NCBI GenBank assembly: GCA_048405595.1
Contig: DBFJOT010000052.1
Span: 937-64,936, forward strand
Length of the DNA: 64,000 nt
DNA from: Candidatus Onthovivens sp.
GTDB lineage: Bacteria; Bacillota_I; Bacilli_A; RFN20; CAG-826
Reading direction: 5' to 3'
Shown here: positions 56,759 through 64,000 of the stretch, piece after piece
Layout of the letters: each line of letters begins with the position of its first letter
Numbering within the stretch: the first letter of the stretch is position 1
Notes under the pieces: model-generated
What the model was told of the DNA's origin: nothing
The model's database searches: none
Seen by the model: only the letters and a program-made list of their open reading frames with translations
Translations under genes and position numbers: made by a program

Positions 56759-56788
56759 TTGACACAAATCCAAATTGTGTCTTATAAT
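56759..56788 (+). promoter_or_regulatory. Consensus sigma-A promoter of tRNA-Gly
   Basis: TTGACA (56759..56764), 18-nt spacer, TATAAT (56783..56788), 11 nt before the tRNA 5' end. The spacer contains the inverted repeat GACACAA-N7-TTGTGTC. Confidence 0.7.
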
Positions 56789-56799
56789 ATTCAAGCAAC

Positions 56800-56873
56800 G
56801 CAGGTGTAGTTCAGTGGTAGAACACCACCTTGCCAAGGTGGTTATGCGGGTTCGATTCCCGTCACTTGCTCCA
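56800..56873 (+). tRNA. tRNA-Gly (anticodon GCC)
   Basis: Acceptor GCAGGTG/CACTTGC, D arm GTTC-AGTGGTA-GAAC, anticodon stem CCACC/GGTGG with loop TTGCCAA, T arm GCGGG-TTCGATT-CCCGT, TCCA end. 74 nt. Confidence 0.9.
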
Positions 56874-56886
56874 AACCACAATTAAT

Positions 56887-56911
56887 CCTCGATTAAGTTC
56901 GAGGTTTTTTT
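56887..56911 (+). terminator. Terminator after tRNA-Gly
   Basis: CCTCGA-ttaagt-TCGAGG followed by TTTTTTT. Confidence 0.8.
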
Positions 56912-57176
56912 ATTGCTTTTTTTAGTTTTAAACAATTAAATCGATAGCCTTGTTGCACTTGAATAAGTTTATCATTAAATATTTATCTTATCTATATTAA
57001 TAGATAAGATTATTAACTTTTTTTAAAGAATTTTCGTTTTTTTGTCGGTCTTATTGTCTTCTTTTTGCTTTACCTTTTCCATCTTTTTTTCTAAGCGAAG
57101 AATCTTTTTACTTTTAGTTTTTACTTCTTCTGTTTTAAAAAATCTTTTTAACTGGCTTCAATGCACTTTCTTTATC

Positions 57177-57623
57177 TTATGCAATCGCTTGAACTAAAAG
57201 ATCAATTTCATTAATCACTAAGCGATAGATTACTTCGATTACTACTTGTAATAGCCAAAAGATAATTAATAATGTTATTAAAATGATTGTAACCGTATTA
57301 ACATCGTTTATTGTAATATAAAGTTCATATAGTGCGATAAAAAGTGAACAAGCTAGAAGAATAAGTCTTATGATTTTGTAGTACTTTTTAACAATGTTTC
57401 TAAACCATTTAAATTGAAACTTTAGATTAACTAAATAAAAAGTAAAATAGATAGAAACTATCACCATTAAAACGATGTTAATTATTAAATTTCCAATTCC
57501 TAAAGATAGAGCGAAAATCAAATAAGTTATCATTAAGGTCAAAGTAATCGTTTTAAATAAAACTAATCCAATTTTTAGATCTCGCTTTACTTTTTCAATT
57601 GCAGCTTTTCTGTACTTTAACAT
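57177..57623 (-). CDS. Hypothetical 4-TM membrane protein
   Basis: 148-aa hydrophobic ORF with a TGGAGAA RBS. Confidence 0.55.
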   Translation of the reverse strand: MLKYRKAAIEKVKRDLKIGLVLFKTITLTLMITYLIFALSLGIGNLIINIVLMVIVSIYFTFYLVNLKFQFKWFRNIVKKYYKIIRLILLACSLFIALYELYITINDVNTVTIILITLLIIFWLLQVVIEVIYRLVINEIDLLVQAIA

Positions 57624-57691
57624 AAATGTTCTCCAATAATTATTTTATCACACATCATCTTTTTGATTCTAAGCAAAGAAAAAAAGGAGTA

Positions 57692-58867
57692 CTACTCCTT
57701 TTTATCATTTTCTTTATTATCATTTGTAGAATCAGAACTATCGTTTTTTGACTCTAAAGCTTCTTCGTTAGTTTTTTGAGCAGCCTTTTTATTAGCTTCT
57801 TCCATTAATTGTTTTACATGTTCTAAATTCTTTTGAACGTCATCAAGTTTTTTAGCTTCCTCAGTTTGAGTAGAATTTAAACTAGTTCTTGCCATTGATA
57901 ATTCTTTACTAGCTCCTTCGATAAAAACATTTAAGAAGTAATTTGAATAGCTAGGCCAAATCGATTCATGGAAATTAAATACAAGAGGTAAGAATGGAAG
58001 TAAAGCAATTACAGCTACTAAGATGCTTGTGAATCCAAGTAAAGGTAGTTCTATAGTTGATGGTCCTAAATAACCAATAAGGAAATAAGTTAATGTAAAG
58101 GAAACAACATATAAAGCAGTAAGTGGCCATAAAGTTTTATAATACAACTTACAATATTCGCCTTTTCTTTGACGCATAGTCATCTTATAAACATAAGTTA
58201 CAAGACGATTTGGAGCACCAAGCAAAGCAGGCGCTAAGAAATATCTAATTGTGTTTTTAGTGATTGCGTGAATAAAGAAATATGTTGAAATAAAAGTACT
58301 AAAGAAACCAGTAAGCATCATAGTTGAGCGAATTAAATCTTTATAATTATGCAAAACTAGCTCTAATTGAGTTAAATAGTTAGGGTCAGACATATTTAAA
58401 GCTGATAACTCTTTAAATAAAGGTGCTAATGCACTACCTTCACTTTGAGCAAATAAGCTTAGAATTAATAGCGATAATGTATCAATAAATAAATAAATTA
58501 AGAAACTTTTAATTAATGAATCCCAAATTCTAAGTTGACCATTGAAAGGAGGTCTAGTTCCAATCATATAAGTCTTTAAGAATGAAGTATATTTAACATC
58601 ATCTCTTTTTTTAGTATTAAGTACGCCATTGCAAGCAAAGAAACTATAAATAAATGGAGCAACTAATCCAATGATCATTGAGATTGTTAATAAGACGAAT
58701 AATTGCCCAAATATAGTGGTTTCTAATGCAGAAAAAATCCCGGTATTAAATATTCCAACACATATCAAATAAATTAAAAATACTCCTACCGTTATTGTTA
58801 AACTGAATAGGAGAGTTGTTGGCAAATCACGTAAAAATCTTTTATAAATGTTTTTAAAATCTTTCAT
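57692..58867 (-). CDS. Hypothetical polytopic membrane protein with an acidic/Lys-rich C-terminal tail
   Basis: 391 aa with about 8 TM helices and a low-complexity tail. AAAGGAG RBS. Confidence 0.6.
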   Translation of the reverse strand: MKDFKNIYKRFLRDLPTTLLFSLTITVGVFLIYLICVGIFNTGIFSALETTIFGQLFVLLTISMIIGLVAPFIYSFFACNGVLNTKKRDDVKYTSFLKTYMIGTRPPFNGQLRIWDSLIKSFLIYLFIDTLSLLILSLFAQSEGSALAPLFKELSALNMSDPNYLTQLELVLHNYKDLIRSTMMLTGFFSTFISTYFFIHAITKNTIRYFLAPALLGAPNRLVTYVYKMTMRQRKGEYCKLYYKTLWPLTALYVVSFTLTYFLIGYLGPSTIELPLLGFTSILVAVIALLPFLPLVFNFHESIWPSYSNYFLNVFIEGASKELSMARTSLNSTQTEEAKKLDDVQKNLEHVKQLMEEANKKAAQKTNEEALESKNDSSDSTNDNKENDKKE

Positions 58868-58878
58868 TATACTCCTTT

Positions 58879-59571
58879 TTAATCTTCGTCATCACTTCCA
58901 CGATTACTATTTTTACCATAAAGTCTTGAAATATCTTTAACAGCAAATTCAAGTTGTTTTTGATCCATATTTTTAACATTACGTTTTTCAATAGTTTTAA
59001 TCACTTTCTTTAAGCTCTTTTTAGGAACGATAAAACTATCTTCTTTATTTAGCTCACCTGCGTTTTTAATAACACAGTTATCATTAATTAAAACAATTGA
59101 CACGAAAAAGCTTGGATCGATTTGTGTTATTAATGATAATTTTTCAAGTCTTTTTTCATTAACTTGCATTGGGTTTTCCATTTCAAATTTCTTTCCATCA
59201 TTTGAATAAAAAATCCAAGTATTATCTTCTTTATTACCGCTTATCGCTCCACGATAGAAACGGTCTTTAATAACATAAATATATTTATCACCGAACAAGA
59301 CATGGTCAATTCGACAAACAAGTTGATTATTATTTTTAATAACTAAATTGTTGATTAAATAATAGTCATTGATGTCTGCGATTTGACGTATCTTCTTATA
59401 ATAAATTTTTTGGAAATTTTTAAATGTATAATGACGTCTAATAAAAGGGAATGCGAAAAGAAATACAGCGAATACTGCAATTAAAACAACGCTCGCAACA
59501 AAAATTACGAAGCCTTGTGGATTCTTTTCTTTGTCTAAAAAGTCTGCTAATACATTTAATAAAGAGTGCAT
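58879..59571 (-). CDS. NERD (nuclease-related) domain protein with an N-terminal TM anchor
   Basis: 230 aa. TM helix FVIFVASVVLIAVFAVFLFAF, followed by ...QLVCRIDHVLFGDKYIYVIKDRFYRG..., which is typical of NERD domains. Confidence 0.6.
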   Translation of the reverse strand: MHSLLNVLADFLDKEKNPQGFVIFVASVVLIAVFAVFLFAFPFIRRHYTFKNFQKIYYKKIRQIADINDYYLINNLVIKNNNQLVCRIDHVLFGDKYIYVIKDRFYRGAISGNKEDNTWIFYSNDGKKFEMENPMQVNEKRLEKLSLITQIDPSFFVSIVLINDNCVIKNAGELNKEDSFIVPKKSLKKVIKTIEKRNVKNMDQKQLEFAVKDISRLYGKNSNRGSDDED

Positions 59572-59588
59572 TTGATTACCATTTTACA

Positions 59589-60296
59589 TTATGCTAAAGA
59601 TAATGCAAGTTCACACATTCTTTTTAAGGTAGAACTTCTTTCTTCTTGAGTCATATCTTTTTCGTCTTTGTTAACGAATGAATCACTAACTGTTAAAATG
59701 CAAAGAGCTTTTTTCTTGCATCTAGCTGCGTTAATAAATAAACCATAGCTTTCCATTTCAACACCTAATAAGCCTAATTCTTGTGGTGTTTTGTAGAAAT
59801 CTTTATCTGGATCATAGAAAATATCGCTTGAGAAAATTGGTCCGACATGAATTGGAATATTTAATTTTAAAGCATTGTTATAAGCTTTATACATTAAACC
59901 AAAGTCACTGCATGGAGCAAGGTGAATTCCTTTAGCTTCATAATGTGCACCATAGTTTGAATTTGAGAAAGCACTTGTTGCAACAATGACATCACCAACA
60001 TGACATTCTTTTTGATATGCACCACATGTTCCAATTCTAATAATATTTTCAACGCCATAGAAATTGAATAATTCCCATGAATAAATTCCAATTGAAGGAA
60101 CTCCCATTCCGCTAGCCATAACGCTAACTTCTCTACCTTCTTTTGTTTTTCCAGTATAACCTAAGATACCTCTTACGTTTGTTACTTCTTTATAATCAAC
60201 TAAAAATGTTTCAGCGATCCATTTCGCTCTTAATGGGTCACCTGGCATAAGTACAGTTTTCGCAAAAACAGCATCGTCTTTAATATGTGTAGACAT
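59589..60296 (-). CDS. deoD: Purine nucleoside phosphorylase, DeoD type
   Basis: 235 aa. THIKDDAVFAKTVLMPGDPLRAKWIAETFL, MASGMGVPSIGIYSWEL, RIGTCGA and VEMES. Confidence 0.9.
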   Translation of the reverse strand: MSTHIKDDAVFAKTVLMPGDPLRAKWIAETFLVDYKEVTNVRGILGYTGKTKEGREVSVMASGMGVPSIGIYSWELFNFYGVENIIRIGTCGAYQKECHVGDVIVATSAFSNSNYGAHYEAKGIHLAPCSDFGLMYKAYNNALKLNIPIHVGPIFSSDIFYDPDKDFYKTPQELGLLGVEMESYGLFINAARCKKKALCILTVSDSFVNKDEKDMTQEERSSTLKRMCELALSLA

Positions 60297-60306
60297 AATT
60301 TTCCTC

Positions 60307-60951
60307 CTAGTCTAATAACATTTTATTGTTTAAGGCCGCATCAATAATGCGATCATAATTTTCAGGATTAATTTTGTGAGATAAATTTGGCAAATGGTCT
60401 TTGTCGAAAAATTTAACATCACAAGTTTCGTGTGTATGTTCCTTAATTAATTTTACAAACTTTGCTTTAAATATTAAAGCGTATTCAGGCACAACATCGA
60501 AAGTTTTTTGGCTACGTGGACTAATTTTCTTATAAGGAGTTTGATTTATAACACCTACCAACTCAATATCTTCAATTTGAGCACCAGCTTCTTGCATAAT
60601 TTCATTTGTTATAGCTTCTTTAGGCGAATCATAAAGATCACACCATCCACCAGGAAGCCCATAAAGTTGTTCTTCACTTTCTTCGACAAATAAAATTTCG
60701 TTTTTATCATTTAATACTACACAGCGACAACTAACACTTGGTGTAGGATAAATGTTTCTTAATAAGGCATTTGGTTTTTCAAAGTTTAATTCATCAAAAT
60801 GTCCTAGCATTTTCATTGAGATTCTTTCGAGTTCATCGTAATTTTCTAAAGCATAAGAGTCCTTAGAAAAAAGCTTCCCAATTTTAGCAATCGAAAGTAC
60901 TTTAATTACAAAGTCATAATAGTTTGTGTATTTAAAGTCTTTATTCTTCAA
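60307..60951 (-). CDS. Nudix hydrolase with an N-terminal Nudix_N-type helical domain
   Basis: 214 aa. The Nudix box is GLPGGWCDLYDSPKEAITNEIMQEAG. Confidence 0.8.
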   Translation of the reverse strand: MKNKDFKYTNYYDFVIKVLSIAKIGKLFSKDSYALENYDELERISMKMLGHFDELNFEKPNALLRNIYPTPSVSCRCVVLNDKNEILFVEESEEQLYGLPGGWCDLYDSPKEAITNEIMQEAGAQIEDIELVGVINQTPYKKISPRSQKTFDVVPEYALIFKAKFVKLIKEHTHETCDVKFFDKDHLPNLSHKINPENYDRIIDAALNNKMLLD

Positions 60952-61798
60952 CAGTTTTACCTCCAGTTGAACTATCAGCGCTTAAAACATCAGTTTCAGT
61001 CATGATATTAACAAAAGCTTTATAGAAAGTTTCTGGAGCAAAGCTTTCGAGTTCTCCATTATATGCAATAGATATTTTTCCAGTCTCTTCACTAACAACA
61101 ACTGTAACAGCATCACATATATCACTAATTCCAATTGCAGCTCTATGTCTAGAACCATATTTTCCAATTAAAGGCTTTGTTGTAGGAGTATAATAAACGC
61201 TCGCTGCAAGGATTGTATTTCCTCTAATAACAACTGCACCATCATGGAGTCTTGTTCCTGGGTAAAAAATTGTAATCAATAATTCATAATTTACTGGAGC
61301 ATATAAAATTGTTCCATTTTTACTAATATCAGTTAGATTATCTTTTCTTTCGAAAGTCATAATCGCACCGATTTTATGTTTACTTAAATATAAAGTTGTT
61401 TCGTTAATTGTCTTATATAAGTCTTCGTGTGAGTACAAATGATCAACATTTGCAGGTTTTTTATTCAAACCCTTATCATTTGTACGTTGGCTAAACTTAT
61501 TAGCGAACAAATAGCGAGTTTCAGCTAAGTTGACAAATAAACCAACTATTGAAAATAAAATTACAACTCCAAGCATGACATATTTAAAAGCGCTAAGTTT
61601 TAAAATATCAGCTAGTAAGAATAACAAACTTGAGCCAAGTAAAGTATAGAAAACAAATTTTCTTTTTACAAAGTAATCAACAAAGACATTTAATACAGCT
61701 AAAGCGAGCAAAGCAAAAATAAAGTCAGTAAGACCGTTAGCATCAAATGGTGAAAAAATTGTTTCAAAATTTTCTGCTAAGACCACTAAGTTATTCAT
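60941..61798 (-). CDS. cdaA: Diadenylate cyclase CdaA (c-di-AMP synthase)
   Basis: 285 aa. Three N-terminal TM helices and a DAC domain with HDGAVVIRGNTILAA, GSRHRAAIGIS and VVVSEETG. Confidence 0.9.
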   Translation of the reverse strand: MNNLVVLAENFETIFSPFDANGLTDFIFALLALAVLNVFVDYFVKRKFVFYTLLGSSLLFLLADILKLSAFKYVMLGVVILFSIVGLFVNLAETRYLFANKFSQRTNDKGLNKKPANVDHLYSHEDLYKTINETTLYLSKHKIGAIMTFERKDNLTDISKNGTILYAPVNYELLITIFYPGTRLHDGAVVIRGNTILAASVYYTPTTKPLIGKYGSRHRAAIGISDICDAVTVVVSEETGKISIAYNGELESFAPETFYKAFVNIMTETDVLSADSSTGGKTVEE

Positions 61799-63221
61799 GT
61801 TTTACCCCCAATTTTTTGAGAATATCACGGGCAACAAATACACCATTCGCACCAGCTTGAGCTAAACCACGAGTAATTCCAGCGCCATCTCCTCCGACAT
61901 AAAGATTTTTAATCTTTGTTTCAAAGTTATTTCCACATTCTACTTTGTCACTATAGAACTTTGCTTCAACTCCATATAATAAAGTATGGTCGTTAGCAAT
62001 ACCTGGAGTAACATGATCTAATGCTTCAATCATTTCGATAATTGATTGAAGTGTTTTATATGGAAGGATTAAAGCTAAATCGCCAGGGACAGCTTCTTTT
62101 AATGTTGGTTCAACAAAGCCTTCACTAATACGTTTTTCTGTTGAACGTCTTCCTTTTTTGATATCACCATATCTTTGAACAATAACTGTACCGCCGCTTA
62201 ATTTATTTGCAAGTGCGCTAATATCTTGAGCGTATTCATTACTATCTTTAAATGGTTCTGTTAATGTATGTGAAACAAGTAAAGCGAAATTTGTATTTGT
62301 ACTTCCTAATTCACTTGAATTATAAGCATGTCCGTTAGCGGTAATAATTCCATTGTTATTTTCAATAACAACGTGTCCGCTTGGGTTTGAGCAGAAAGTT
62401 CTAACGGTTGTTCCTACGCTTGTTGAGTAAATAAATTTTCCTTCATAAAGGTTTTTATTAATATCATCCATGATAACATCATTAGTTTCAACTCTAACCC
62501 CGATATCAACACGGTTGTTAGAAACTTTAACTTTATGTTTTTTAAGCATTGAACTAAGCCATTTTGAACCAGGTCTACCAACGTTTAAAATGACATAAGG
62601 TGCATAATATTCGTTATCTTTTGAATCTTTAACACCTGTTACTTGTCCATTTTCTTCGATTACATCGATAATTTCTGTTGAGAACTTCATATCGACACCA
62701 TTAGCTTTAAGCTCTTCATAAATTGATTTTAATAAAGCTAGATTAACTTCTGTTCCTAAGTGTCTGACTCTACTTCTAAGCAATTTTAAGCCAACAGCAA
62801 GACCGACTTTTTCAATTTCTAATATTTCTTTAGTATTTGGATCAGTAATAATATCTGGAGCTCCGTGTTTTAAGTTAATTTCATCAACATACTTAATTAA
62901 ATCGATAACTTCTTTTTTGGATAAATATTCATCCATCCAACCACCAAATTCATTAGTGATGTTAAATTTTCCATCACTAAAAGCACCACATCCGCCAAAT
63001 CCGCTAGTCATTGAGCATGATGGATAGCAACCACTATTACCATAAATGTCTTGAGGACATTGCTTAATTTTTCCTTCTAAAACAGGACAGGTACGATGAT
63101 AAATATCTTTACCTTTATCAGCTAAAAGAACCTTTAAATTTTTGTTCTTAGTTATAAGTTCATAAGCACAATAAATCCCACATGGACCTGCACCAACAAT
63201 AATTACATCATACTTGTTCAT
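61791..63221 (-). CDS. FAD-dependent oxidoreductase (COG2509-like uncharacterised dehydrogenase)
   Basis: 476 aa. Dinucleotide fold YDVIIVGAGPCGIYCAYEL and a C-terminal GGDGAGITRG motif. Confidence 0.75.
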   Translation of the reverse strand: MNKYDVIIVGAGPCGIYCAYELITKNKNLKVLLADKGKDIYHRTCPVLEGKIKQCPQDIYGNSGCYPSCSMTSGFGGCGAFSDGKFNITNEFGGWMDEYLSKKEVIDLIKYVDEINLKHGAPDIITDPNTKEILEIEKVGLAVGLKLLRSRVRHLGTEVNLALLKSIYEELKANGVDMKFSTEIIDVIEENGQVTGVKDSKDNEYYAPYVILNVGRPGSKWLSSMLKKHKVKVSNNRVDIGVRVETNDVIMDDINKNLYEGKFIYSTSVGTTVRTFCSNPSGHVVIENNNGIITANGHAYNSSELGSTNTNFALLVSHTLTEPFKDSNEYAQDISALANKLSGGTVIVQRYGDIKKGRRSTEKRISEGFVEPTLKEAVPGDLALILPYKTLQSIIEMIEALDHVTPGIANDHTLLYGVEAKFYSDKVECGNNFETKIKNLYVGGDGAGITRGLAQAGANGVFVARDILKKLGVKHE

Positions 63222-63381
63222 ATTTTCACCCTCAGCAAACGTTAATATTATATATAATATTAGAATTAAAATAAAGAAGTCTAAAAATAGTTAATCATTT
63301 TTTTCTTTTTTTGAACATTTTAGTTGACTTTTCCTATTTATTTTTATTCTAAACCCTTGCAAAAACTTATTTAATTAGTTT

Positions 63382-64000
63382 TTAACAATTTTTTTCACCT
63401 AACTTAAATTCTTCTTCAGTTTCAACTAGCATGTCATATAAAGGTAAATTTTTAAATACTTTTGTAACTAAAAACGTAGAAAAAATCAAAAGTGCTCCTA
63501 AAAACGAAGCTCTGTTAAAGACATAAAATGACCCTGTTGAATACATTAAATTAGAGAAAAACAAAGTCAAAGCAGTTAGTGGTGCTTCGCTTATAAAAGC
63601 AAAAAACATACACATTGTAAGTAGAATAATATAGGCTCTATAATCACCATCAATGCCAATTAAGTTTTCAAAAGTTAGCGAAGAAATAGCGCCAATCAAA
63701 GCGCCTAAACTTAATGAAGGAATGATCAATCCGCCCGTCACTTTTCCGTTTCCAATGATGGAAGTTAAAGCAAGTCTAAAAGCAAGAAGTAATAATAAAA
63801 GATATATCGATTTATACTCCAACGATCCTTGAATGATTTTATCTCCACCCCCTAAAAAGTCAGAAATTGTATACCCTAGAATCAACATCAACAAAAAGAA
63901 AATAAATCCACGATATTTAATAATGAAATTTTCATCATGCTTTATGTAGAATACTTTAATCCTTCTAATTATAAATAGAAAAATAGGAGCAACAACAATC
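63382..64000 (-). CDS. ClC-family chloride channel/antiporter, C-terminal part (gene continues beyond the window)
   Basis: GGLIIPSLSLGALIGA matches the ClC GxFxP-type selectivity motif. The frame stays open upstream of the track TTG start through position 64000. Confidence 0.7.
   Translation of the reverse strand, partial: IVVAPIFLFIIRRIKVFYIKHDENFIIKYRGFIFFLLMLILGYTISDFLGGGDKIIQGSLEYKSIYLLLLLLAFRLALTSIIGNGKVTGGLIIPSLSLGALIGAISSLTFENLIGIDGDYRAYIILLTMCMFFAFISEAPLTALTLFFSNLMYSTGSFYVFNRASFLGALLIFSTFLVTKVFKNLPLYDMLVETEEEFKLGEKNC

Noticed and set aside
1-64000. Possibility that the sequence uses genetic code 4 (TGA = Trp), as in Mycoplasma/Spiroplasma
   Set aside because: All large genes are open in code 11, TGA occurs as a terminal codon in overlapping ATGA junctions, and conserved Trp positions are TGG.

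Overview
This is an AT-rich bacterial chromosome segment. It reads cleanly in the standard code: TGA is used as a stop (for example in ATGA stop/start overlaps at 12862..12865 and 13281..13284) and Trp is TGG, so it is not a code-4 mycoplasma. Gene content suggests an Acholeplasma-like mollicute or a closely related low-GC Bacillota, but that is inference only: many polytopic membrane proteins, a giant lipoprotein next to a fused MacB-type ABC transporter, and cdaA without cdaR/glmM. About 55 CDS lie mostly on the minus strand.

Housekeeping and metabolic genes:
- aldo-keto reductase
- Hsp20 behind two CIRCE operators
- two heterodimeric ABC exporter pairs
- ACP, guanylate kinase, thymidine kinase
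- two CNNM/CorC-type proteins
- two M18 aminopeptidases and an M32 carboxypeptidase
- pflB-pflA, an SDR and a flavin reductase
- a GH3 beta-glucosidase behind a perfect cre site
- an AgrC/AgrA-type two-component system
- a ygbA-ybaN-cydDC-like operon
- a divergent gltX, deoD, a Nudix hydrolase, cdaA, an FAD oxidoreductase and a partial ClC channel

There are five tRNA genes: Glu-UUC, Asn-GUU, Val-GAC, Glu-CUC and Gly-GCC. No rRNA, CRISPR array or intact transposase was seen.

Most interesting observations:
1. A compact seven-gene Tad/Flp-like filament or secretion operon (9877..14423). It has a CpaF/TadA-type ATPase, split TadB/TadC-like platform proteins, a TadE-like protein and a 68-aa pilin-like protein with an archaeal-looking KG|Q leader. 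No prepilin peptidase is present in the locus.
2. A tandem pair of very large paralogous membrane proteins (18377..22636) that share an unassigned C-terminal domain.
3. A decayed integrative element next to tRNA-Glu/Asn (about 6430..9140). It carries a frameshifted tyrosine-integrase remnant and a multiply disrupted gene followed by an intact small ORF, which looks like a toxin/immunity pair.
4. A membrane-tethered double-HTH regulator next to a 1294-aa lipoprotein and a MacB-like ABC transporter.
5. A divergent long gltX followed by a tRNA-Glu(CUC) with an atypical T-loop.

All functional names come from motif recognition by eye. No database search was run.
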